From: Cyanophora paradoxa CCMP329
Lineage: Eukaryota > Plantae > Glaucophyta
NCBI GenBank assembly: GCA_004431415.1
Contig: QPMI01000264.1
Span: forward strand, 1-35,858
Length of the DNA stretch: 35,858 nucleotides
Reading direction: 5' to 3'
Position numbers and translations under genes: made by a program. Positions 24,193 through 34,400 of the stretch are shown piece after piece (within the stretch, counting starts at the first letter, position 1; every line of letters begins with the position of its first letter). The notes beneath the pieces were generated by a model that saw nothing but the letters and a program-made list of their open reading frames with translations, did not search any database and was not told where the DNA came from.

Positions 24193-25003
24193 GTTCTCTC
24201 TCTCCTTCCCAAGCTTGTCAAGGGAGACCCCGCCAACCTCGCCACGGCCAGGCTGATGAGAGATACATTTATTTGCATTTATTCAAGCAAGTGTCTTCCC
24301 ACAAGTTCCCACTTGGTTATGCGATTTATCTTTCATGACGCCGATTGCGCATGCAAGCCCAGCTTCGAATTCATGTGCATCGACGGCGATTTCGAATTCG
24401 ACAAAGATGAATCGATATCCGCCTTGAAATTCGAGGGCGCATGCGCGGGCTCGTACAGCACGATGAAAGGCCGCAGATGCGATGTTTTCGAATTTACAGC
24501 CCGAGTTTGCGTTTGAAATTAATAGGCGGCGGCTTTCATTACACGCCGAGTGGAACGGATTCATAGAGACTAGTACTGGGAGCGATTCCGAGCGAATGAA
24601 GTGAGCTTCGGAATTCCGAATTCGAACTTCGGAAGTTCGCGATTCGACCGTCGATCGGGAACAGCCGCACTGCGGCGGCAGCCTGAGCTGCAGCCTGCAG
24701 CCTACACTGGTACAGCCTGCAGCCTGCAGCCTGCAGGCTGCGCTGCTGCGCATGCGCATGCGGTTTCTATATATCTCTCATGAATCATGATACATAAATT
24801 TAAATTTCCGATCGCCGTTGAACCAGTGCGGCAGTGCCGTCTCGGCGTGCACGGCGTGCGCGTGCGCGTGTTATAGAAATTCAACGGCACGAATTATGTG
24901 ACCGTTGTGACGTACATGCACGTGCCGCGGTGACGCAACATTGTGTACCTTACAGACTGTCGTTTCGATTTTCCGCAATGTGTGTTATAGTATCAACTTA
25001 TAG

Positions 25004-25172
25004 AGAGCCTTCTCATCGCTTCGGCGACCGCCAGGCCCTGGTACCGAGTACTCCGGGGCAATCGCTAGCGCGAACCGTCGGACGACGGACGCGGCGCCGG
25101 CGATCGCTTAAAAAAGGCCCCGGCCCGATCCGAGCCCATGGCCGGCGGGCATAGTGAACATAGTGCCAAAAT
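25004..25172. mobile_element. Diverged isolated copy of the left end (TIR + subterminal region) of the 26137-31249 element
   Basis: Ungapped match to 26137-26305 over 169 bp with 8 substitutions counted by eye. Sequence further inside and the outer flank are unrelated. Confidence 0.9.
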
Positions 25173-26854
25173 GTCGCCCCGTAGGCTCGAAGTCGACGGT
25201 CGACGTCGACCGTCGACGACGAGTCGACGACTTCGAAATTCGAATTCACGTCGACTTTGGTAACATGAAACCACCGATGATTGGTCAGCAGGCCACTCTA
25301 CCCGAAACCGACGGTCTACTTACTGTAAACGTGAGACCTCCGGCAGCACTTAATATTCAGCGCTATTAATATTCGGCGTAGGCTCATGCACGGCGCCGAA
25401 TATTTAAAATTTAAACTGCCAGAATTGTGCAGATGTATGGGAAAAAATCGATTACTATACCCGCCACCGAGGCTGACTGGCTGTGTTCCCGAAAATATGA
25501 TGCCGACGAACCACAATGTCGGCTCATTTTTCGGATTTTGCCGAAATTATTTTTCGGGTTTTGCATGTTTTACGTATCCCGGTACCGGCCTACTACCGGG
25601 TTCCGGGGTACGTGTACATAAATCGGTTATAAATTTCGATTAATATTAACGCGTATACGGCGTACTAATATATATCATAGTATATACGTACCGGAGTTCG
25701 TCAGCTCCGGTCCAGCCTCCGGAGCTAGCGCTCGATAGCGAGGCCCGGCCCGCCCGGGGGCCGGAGCTCGAATTAGTGCGTTCCGGAGCTTGTTGTTGCG
25801 GAGTTTAAAGCCTCAAAGGAATCAATTGCAATGGAAGTTATTAACCAATTTGAGCTGAAAGTTCCAGATGCATGCAATGATTATAGAACATACCTTCGGG
25901 CAATTGCAAGAAATTCCGATTCATCTGCGAACACATAGGGTTCAGAGCGTAATTGGTCGGGCTCAAGACTCGAGAGTCGAGTCTATGCGCGGGGCAGATC
26001 TAGCGATCCAATTGAATAGAGAATCTCTATGCGAGCAAGCTCGCAGCGCTACGGGAGGCGGGCACGCACTGCAGGCGTTGGCGTTGGCTGGTGCGACGAA
26101 CTTGAAGCAGCTCCTGCGCAAGCGATCGCCGGTCAGAGAGCCTTCTCATCGCTCCGGCGATCGCTAGGCCCTGGTACCGAGTACTCCGGGGCGATCGCCA
26201 GCGCGAACCGTCGGACGACGGACGCGGCGCCGGCGATCGCTTGAAAAAGGCCCCGGCCAGATCCGAGCCCACGGCCGGCGGGCATAGTGAACATAGTGCC
26301 AAAATTTCGCTCCGAAAACACGCTTTTTAGAAGGATCGGAAGAAAGCGCGCCCAGGCAGGTCCGAGGGGCGGTTCCGGGACGTACCTACTGACTCAGAGC
26401 TGCTTGCGCTGGGCCCGCCGGGCGACGCCATGGTTGAGAGATCGAATCCCTGCGCGCCGCCTTACAGCGGCCGAGGAAGGGGCGACGGCTGCAGAATTCG
26501 ATGATGTGAACCTCGGACAAGCGAAAGCGTGTAGCTAGCGCGCCGCCGGCGCCGCGGGTGAGCCGATGAAGCGAGCGATGTGTACTCCTCGCGTGCGCGG
26601 GCGCGGCGAAGTCGCCTGCGGGGCGGGCGTGGCGCCGCGGGGCTGAGCACGGCGCGCGCGCTGCGAAGCGCTATGCGCGAGCTTTGCGCGAGCTTTGCGT
26701 CGACGCCGCGCGCCTCACTTTCGAAGGTCGGGGTACCCCCCGACTCATTCCCCCTAAACTTGGGGGCTCGGTGGCTTAAAAGCGAAGGCTCTGGGGTACA
26801 TCGACGAAATTTGACTTGCTCCACAAAATTGCAAGGCGCTCAAGAACTCTACGC

Positions 26855-29800
26855 TCACTGGAAGTTCAACTGCGGCCCTACAAACTGCTTGCACCGCTCC
26901 ACTAGCTCATCTAGTCTACCTGGGTCAGCAAACCGATCCTCCTCGGCCACTAGCGGCTTGCGGAACCATTCTTTCGCAACCGCAACAAATGGTGCGCAGT
27001 CCATTGGGCTGCGCTGGTGGTGCCCGGCGCATACCACCCGACCCCATCGAGGCGAGAAAAGAATCTCGAGCACGCGGTCAGCTCGGCATCTTGCCTTGAA
27101 GATGGAGCCAGCGGTCGTGTGGAAGGTCATATCATGCACAGGCTCCGAGAGCTGAAGGAGGGCCTGCACTAATGCAGCGGCGTGACTCTTGATGGTGACT
27201 CTGCTCGTGATATATATGAGCTCGAGGCAATCAGCAAGAGTGGTTACTGATATCCATGGACAGAAAAAAGGAAACCACAAGTAGAAAAAGGAAGAGGCGC
27301 ACGGCCAGTGGTCCCACTCGAGATTGGTGAAGCCCCGGAGGATAACCATTGTTGCCTCCGGTGTTGTTCCCGGTACATCAAGCCGGTGCACTTGACTGGA
27401 GACGCTGCAGCGCGCGGCACCTTGCGTGGCCGTGCACTCCAGTGCACCGTCGTTTGGCGGTAGGCGAGCCAGCTTCTCGACGTACGCACGTGCTGCGGGG
27501 CTCGCTGCCCTCGCGTCCCGTATCGCGGTTGCGACCACGGCGATGCTCCCCCGTACCGATCTGGAGCCTCCTTCCTCCCGTGACATTGCAGGGAACCAGT
27601 GCAGTTTCGCCTTCAGGGTATTGCTCAGCGCGTTGAAGTATCGGTTCTCGGTGTTCGCCACGCTGCGACGCGCCAAGTCAGAGCACGTTCAGCGGGAGAA
27701 GGAAATAAGAAGGAAAAGAAACAAAGGAAAAGAAAGAAAAGAGAAGGGGGTACGCGGACCGTCTGTACAAGCAGGACAGGATGGGTGTCGGAATAGGCCG
27801 CTCAGGTGTGCCTAGCCATAGAGGCTTGTTTCGCCTCGTGTATGGCGGAGGCACATACGCCTCAACATCGATGTCCACATCGACCAATTGTCCCGCGCCG
27901 TTTGGCTGAGTTTCTCGTGAGCTTGAGCATTTGCGATAACCGTTGCTCGTACCTGTTGGACTTTCCGTGTAGTTCTCCTGTATGCCGTCGCGCCGAGTTC
28001 GTCCACCTCGGGTACTCCTCTCCAGAGTCGTTGCCCCCATTCAGCATCCGGTGTGTTAGAACATCTGACTTGGAGCCCATCTGTTCCAGCACTGCAGCCA
28101 CTTGCTTCAGAGCCTGAAAGCTGTTCTCCGCTGCGCGACCTGTACCGTATTTCTCCTGCACCGGAATTAGAGTTCAGTAACCCCTTCTGTGGCGTCGTCT
28201 TCGTACCCTCGCACGCACCGCCAGCTCTGGCTTCATGCGCAGCCGGGTGAAGAGCTCGTTCGCCGGCGCTTCGTGGTGGAGAACGGCAGGGTTTCCCATT
28301 GCCTCGTGGCACGCCTGTGGAGAACGGCAGGGTACGCGCATCAGCTCCACGTGTCGGGGGGGGGGGGTACGCGTAGCGAAGGGGGAGGGGGGTTGGAGGG
28401 GGGGGTAGTCGAACCTCCATTGGACTTGGCGCCTGTTCGGGAGCCGGGCCTGGGTCTTGACCTGCTTGCCGCGCGGCCTCCCACGCTGCTCGCGCCCGCC
28501 TTGCGTTGCCGTGCTCCTCGTCGTCGAATGCCTTGGCTAGATCTACAAGGCCTTTGAATATGAGCTGGTTGGCAATTGTCGCCCACCGCCGAAAACGCGA
28601 TTTGCGGACAAGGTCTGAGAAGATAATGCCGACTGATATGCTGCTTGCCGGCCCTGCAAGAAGGCGAAGAAGCTCCTTGCCGCTCTTCCGAACAGCCTGC
28701 AGGACCTGCACATCGCTTGCAATCTTGCCGCCACGACCGACATCCCTGTTGCCTCCGTACGCGTTGCACTTCCGAAGAAGCTTCTTCACCTCCGGGTACG
28801 ACACGAGATCGTCCTGCGCCTTGCGCTTCCGCCCTTTCCCACGTGGCAACTCTTCCACCAACGCGGCCTCTGCAGCTGCTGCTGCAAGCTCCACACATGC
28901 ATGAAGCCTGCGTCGCCATTGGTAAGAAAAAAAACTTTACCCCCCCCCGCCCCCCCCCCCCCCCCCGGATGCATACCACAGCTGGAGTGATTCGCCTTCC
29001 CGTGTCTGCTGCTGTGCTGCGTGCACTGATTGAGCGAGACTGCGGAACTGGCCCTTCATTTCTTCCTTCGTGCCAAGGTACATTGCTTGCTGGCTGAGCC
29101 CGAGAGTCGCTTGCATACGCAGAAGGTTGATTTCAGACTGTCCGTTTGTGACCTAATATAAAATTAAGAACATGTTACGAAAAGACAGAGCATGAAAGCA
29201 TCGTGCACCTCCATGAAAGCATTTGCAAGACCTTGTGCCCGTGCAGGCTCACGGTCCAACTCAGCGTCTCCTGGCCGCAGGGCCAGAAGCTGTGTGAGCA
29301 CAGCAGCAGCTGAGCGGATCTCGCCATCATCAGGGGCTGCATCACATTTCGGTTTTCAAAATAGAATGCAGTGATTTGAAGGGACGTACTGTAGAAATCG
29401 AGTGATGAATTGCTCGATCGCCCGTAGAAGAACACCTCTATCCAGAGCGATAGGAACATCTTCGATTCAACAGCGTATGATCGTTTGTCATCGCTAGTAC
29501 TTGTGTCATCCTTGCCCTCCTGAAAGTCCAGAGACAAGATGACCTGACCGGGCAGCAAGTAAGCAGAAGAAGCACGAGGCAAGCTGGCATGGACACGTGC
29601 CAGATCTATCTCTCGCAGTCGTCTCTCACGGATGTAGATCTTGTTGGTATAGAAGCTCGTCACCCGGGCCTTTAGCCAGTCGTAGTGCCTGGCTCGAAGG
29701 TCCGTATCCACTGCAAACTCACCGTGCGCCCCTGGCACGCCAAGGCCCAGAAATGCACACTGTGCCTGCAGTGAGTGCCGTGCTTCAACTGGCCAAGATA

Positions 29801-31015
29801 GATAGATGCTTACGTCCATATCAATGAGCTCATCGAGTTGAGAAGAGCTTGAGGTATCTTCCTTGTCGCCAGCAGCTATATCAGCATCTGGATGAGGGTC
29901 GGGACCGGTGCGCTGAAGGCTTGGCGATTCGAGTGCGACCTAAATGCAGTATCTCATGGCGAATCTCAAGCTAAAGAAGATCGAGGACGCACAGTGCTCA
30001 TGAAGTGCTTCAGAGCATGGAGATCCTCCAGTGTCCGTGTCCGGTTCTTTGCTGGTTCACCTCGAAACTGCAACCGACAAGCGTTCGCCTGAGCTTGCCG
30101 AGCCGCTTCTGTCACCTGGATAAGTTGGTCTTAGATTCCATTCGATCAATTCTTTGAGCTGCAGAGCACCTCATCAAGCCAATCAACACAACTCTGAAAT
30201 TTGGGGCCTCGAAACGCTCCCTTTGTGCCCACAAACAGGTTGCGCAGTGCACGCAAGCATCTGGCAGGGGGCAGGTCGACGATGATGTCCTCCACATAAT
30301 GCACTTGGGGGTCCAGATCTGCAAACATGATAAGACAAAGAGGCGGCGTGCAGATTTCACAGAGAAACGCACAGATCTCGAAGGGTGCATGTGCTTGTCG
30401 CCTTCTGCCAGCGCCACCAGCGTCGCCGCCCGCTGCGCCGTCCAGGGCGCCACCCGCCGCGCCGCCTCCCGTGCCGCCTCCCGCGCCGCCTCCCGCGCCG
30501 CCTCCCGCGCCGCCTCCCGCGCCGCCTCCCGCGCCGCGCACCGGGCCGGGGGAGGGGAGGGACAGGGCCGGGGGGGGGGCGGGCCCGGGGGAGGGGCGGG
30601 GCCGGGGGAGGGACGGGCCCGGGGGAGGGGCGGGGCCGGGGGAGGGGGGGGCGGGGGGAGGGGCGGCCCGGGGGAGGGGCGGGCCCGGGGGAGGGGCGGG
30701 CCCGGGGGAGGGCGGGGCCGGGGGAGGGGGGGGGCGGGGGGAGGGGCGGGCCCGGGGGAGGGGCGGGCCCGGGGGAGGGGCGGGCCCGGGGGGAGGGGCG
30801 GGGCCGGGGGAGGGACGGGCCCGGGGGAGGGGCGGCCCGGGGGAGGGACGGGCCCGGGGGAGGGGCGGGGCCGGGGGAGGGGCGGGGCCCGGGGGAGGGG
30901 GAGGGGCGGGGACAAGCTCAAGGCCGGAGCCGCCCCCGAGGCCGCCCACGAGGCCACCACCCGCCGCGCGGCCCGCCAGAAGGGGGTTGGGAGATGAGCT
31001 GGAGGTCCACTCCAT
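26855..31015 (-). CDS. Element-encoded protein of roughly 1,100 aa, 13 predicted introns; Pro/Gly-repeat N-terminus, basic NLS-like KGRKRK, C-terminal HNH-like motifs
   Basis: Predicted donors at 30372, 30169, 29992, 29813, 29600 (GC), 29389, 29208, 28976, 28414, 28206, 27952, 27759 and 27302 each pair with a YAG acceptor in matching phase. They give a continuous frame apart from one homopolymer indel near 28010, where copy 2 has the extra G. The start codon is tentative (alternatives at 31053 and 31070). Confidence 0.75.
30461..30912. repeat. 12-nt (GCCGCCTCCCGC)n array followed by ~17-18-nt G-rich minisatellite (CCCGGGGGAGGGGCGGG-like)
   Basis: Directly visible at ~30461-30536 and ~30541-30912. 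The repeats recur from ~35700 to the window end in copy 2. Confidence 0.92.
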
Positions 31016-31401
31016 CTCTTCCTCCCCAAAGAGTGTGCTCCTGGGGTCGACATGCTGCGCAGTCGGGCATAAGACACCGAAAAGCAGCGATCGCTTGGCC
31101 AATGAGAAGGCGGTGGACGTCAAGCCCGCGGCGACCGTTAGAACTGAGAACCCAGAAGCGATCGCCGGCCCAGCAGCTCTTTGTTAGAGGTCGGACTCGC
31201 TGGGTATGGCGCCGAACACAAAGCGATCGCCGAGCAATGAGAAGGCTCTATGCGCGGGGCAGATCTAGCGATCCAATTGAATAGAGAATCTCTATGCGAG
31301 CAAGCTCGCAGCGCTACGGGAGGCGGGCACGCACTGCAGGCGTTGGCGTTGGCTGGTGCGACGAACTTGAAGCAGCTCCTGCGCAAGCGATCGCCGGTCA
31401 G

Positions 31402-34400
31402 AGAGCCTTCTCATCGCTCCGGCGATCGCTAGGCCCTGGTACCGAGTACTCCGGGGCGATCGCCAGCGCGAACCGTCGGACGACGGACGCGGCGCCGGCG
31501 ATCGCTTGAAAAAGGCCCCGGCCAGATCCGAGCCCACGGCCGGCGGGCATAGTGAACATAGTGCCAAAATTTCGCTCCGAAAACACGCTTTTTAGAAGGA
31601 TCGGAAGAAAGCGCGCCCAGGCAGGTCCGAGGGGCGGTTCCGGGACGTACCTACTGACTCAGAGCTGCTTGCGCTGGGCCCGCCGGGCGACGCCATGGTT
31701 GAGAGATCGAATCCTGCGCGCCGCCTTACAGCGGCCGAGGAAGGGGCGACGGCTGCAGAATTCGATGATGTGAACCTCGGACAAGCGAAAGCGTGTAGCT
31801 AGCGCGCCGCCGGCGCCGCGGGTGAGCCGATGAAGCGAGCGATGTGTACTCCTCGCGTGCGCGGGCGCGGCGAAGTCGCCTGCGGGGCGGGCGTGGCGCC
31901 GCGGGGCTGAGCACGGCGCGCGCGCTGCGAAGCGCTATGCGCGAGCTTTGCGCGAGCTTTGCGTCGACGCCGCGCGCCTCACTTTCGAAGGTCGGGTACC
32001 CCCCGACTCATTCCCCCTAACTTGGGGGCTCGGTGGCTTAAAAGCGAAGGCTCTGGGGTACATCGACGAAATTTGACTTGCTCCACAAAATTGCAAGGCG
32101 CTCAAGAACTCTACGCTCACTGGAAGTTCAACTGCGGCCCTACAAACTGCTTGCACCGCTCCACTAGCTCATCTAGTCTACCTGGGTCAGCAAACCGATC
32201 CTCCTCGGCCACTAGCGGCTTGCGGAACCATTCTTTCGCAACCGCAACAAATGGTGCGCAGTCCATTGGGCTGCGCTGGTGGTGCCCGGCGCATACCACC
32301 CGACCCATCGAGGCGAGAAAAGAATCTCGAGCACGCGGTCAGCTCGGCATCTTGCCTTGAAGATGGAGCCAGCGGTCGTGTGGAAGGTCATATCATGCAC
32401 AGGCTCCGAGAGCTGAAGGAGGGCCTGCACTAATGCAGCGGCGTGACTCTTGATGGTGACTCTGCTCGTGATATATATGAGCTCGAGGCAATCAGCAAGA
32501 GTGGTTACTGATATCCATGGACAGAAAAAAGGAAACCACAAGTAGAAAAAGGAAGAGGCGCACGGCCAGTGGTCCCACTCGAGATTGGTGAAGCCCCGGA
32601 GGATAACCATTGTTGCCTCCGGTGTTGTTCCCGGTACATCAAGCCGGTGCACTTGACTGGAGACGCTGCAGCGCGCGGCACCTTGCGTGGCCGTGCACTC
32701 CAGTGCACCGTCGTTTGGCGGTAGGCGAGCCAGCTTCTCGACGTACGCACGTGCTGCGGGGCTCGCTGCCCTCGCGTCCCGTATCGCGGTTGCGACCACG
32801 GCGATGCTCCCCGTACCGATCTGGAGCCTCCTTCCTCCCGTGACATTGCAGGGAACCAGTGCAGTTTCGCCTTCAGGGTATTGCTCAGCGCGTTGAAGTA
32901 TCGGTTCTCGGTGTTCGCCACGCTGCGACGCGCCCAAGTCAGAGCACGTTCAGCGGAGAAGGAAATAAGAAGGAAAAGAAACAAAGGAAAAGAAAGAAAA
33001 GAGAAGGGGGGTACGCGGACCGTCTGTACAAGCAGGACAGGATGGGTGTCGGAATAGGCCGCTCAGGTGTGCCTAGCCATAGAGCTTGTTTCGCCTCGTG
33101 TATGGCGGAGGCACATACGCCTCAACATCGATGTCCACATCGACCAATTGTCCCGCGCCGTTTGGCTGAGTTTCTCGTGAGCTTGAGCATTTGCGATAAC
33201 CGTTGCTCGTACCTGTTGGACTTTCCGTGTAGTTCTCCTGTATGCCGTCGCGCCGAGTTCGTCCACCTCGGGGTACTCCTCTCCAGAGTCGTTGCCCCCA
33301 TTCAGCATCGGTGTGTTAGAACATCTGACTTGGAGCCCATCTGTTCCAGCACTGCAGCCACTTGCTTCAGAGCCTGAAAGCTGTTCTCCGCTGCGCGACC
33401 TGTACCGTATTTCTCCTGCACCGGAATTAGAGTTCAGTAACCCCTTCTGTGGCGTCGTCTTCGTACCCTCGCACGCACCGCCAGCTCTGGCTTCATGCGG
33501 CAGCCGGGTGAGAAGCTCGTTCGCCGGCGCTTCGTGGTGGAGAACGGCAGGTTTCCCATTGCCTCGTGGCACGCCTGTGGAGAACGGCAGGGTACGCGCA
33601 TCAGCTCCACGTGTCGGGGGGGGGGGGGGTACGCGTAGCGAAGGGGGAGGGGGGTTGGAGGGGGGGTAGTCGAACCTCCATTGGACTTGGCGCCTGTTCG
33701 GGAGCCGGGCCTGGGTCTTGACCTGCTTGCCGCGCGGCCTCCCACGCTGCTCGCGCCGCCTTGCGTTGCCGTGCTCCTCGTCGTCGAATGCCTTGGCTAG
33801 ATCTACAAGGCCTTTGAATATGAGCTGGTTGCAATTGTCGCCCACCGCCGAAAACGCGATTTGCGGACAAGGTCTGAGAAGATAATGCCGACTGATATGC
33901 TGCTTGCGGCCCTGCAAGAAGGCGAAGAAGCTCCTTGCCGCTCTTCCGAACAGCCTGCAGGACCTGCACATCGCTTGCAATCTTGCCGCCACGACCGACA
34001 TCCCTGTTGCCTCCGTACGCGTTGCACTTCCGAAGAAGCTTCTTCACCTCCGGGTACGACACGAGATCGTCCTGCGCCTTGCGCTTCCGCCCTTTCCCAC
34101 GTGGCAACTCTTCCACCAACGCGGCCTCTGCAGCTGCTGCTGCAAGCTCCACACATGCATGAAGCCTGCGTCGCCATTGGTAAGAAAAAAACTTTACCCC
34201 CCCTCCGCCCCCCCCCCCCCCGGATGCAACCACAGCTGGAGTGATTCGCCTTCCCGTGTCTGCTTGCTGTGCTGCGTGCACTGATGAGCGAGACTGCGGA
34301 ACTGGCCCTCATTTCTTCCTTCGTGCCAAGGTACATTGCTTGCTGGCTGAGCCCGAGAGTCGCTTGCATACGCAGAAGGTTGATTTCAGACTGTCCGTTG

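Larger units (their letters stand above)
26137..31249 (-). mobile_element. TIR-bounded element of ~5.1 kb, superfamily unassigned (copy 1)
   Basis: Left end AGAGCCTTCTCATCGCTCCGGCGATCGCT (26137-26165). Right end 31222-31249 reverse-complements to AGAGCCTTCTCATTGCTCGGCGATCGCT (1 mismatch, 1 indel). GCGATCGC motifs are clustered at both ends, and the element is multicopy within the window. Exact termini are uncertain by a few nt. Confidence 0.8.

Noticed and set aside
24076-24960. ORFs between DUS1 and the element region
   Set aside because: No recognisable motifs, they lack the GC3 bias of the real genes, and they are interleaved with palindromic microsatellites.
25985-26136. Segment X as a target-site duplication
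   Set aside because: At ~152 bp it is far longer than DNA-transposon TSDs, and it is followed again by a second element copy.
26121-26240. CRISPR-like array (GCGATCGC recurring about every 35-42 nt)
   Set aside because: The repeats are only 8-12 nt in mixed orientation, there are no cas genes, and the context is eukaryotic. Better explained as subterminal motifs.
26855-31015. Fanzor/TnpB or IscB assignment for the element protein
   Set aside because: I could not find RuvC I/II/III motifs, the CxxC...CxxC plus DxNAA-type ending, or a PLMP N-terminus. Only HNH-like motifs are visible.
30299-31284. Long plus-strand Gly/Arg-rich ORFs over the G-rich array
   Set aside because: They are open only because the minisatellite lacks stop codons. 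The splice-consistent gene is on the minus strand.
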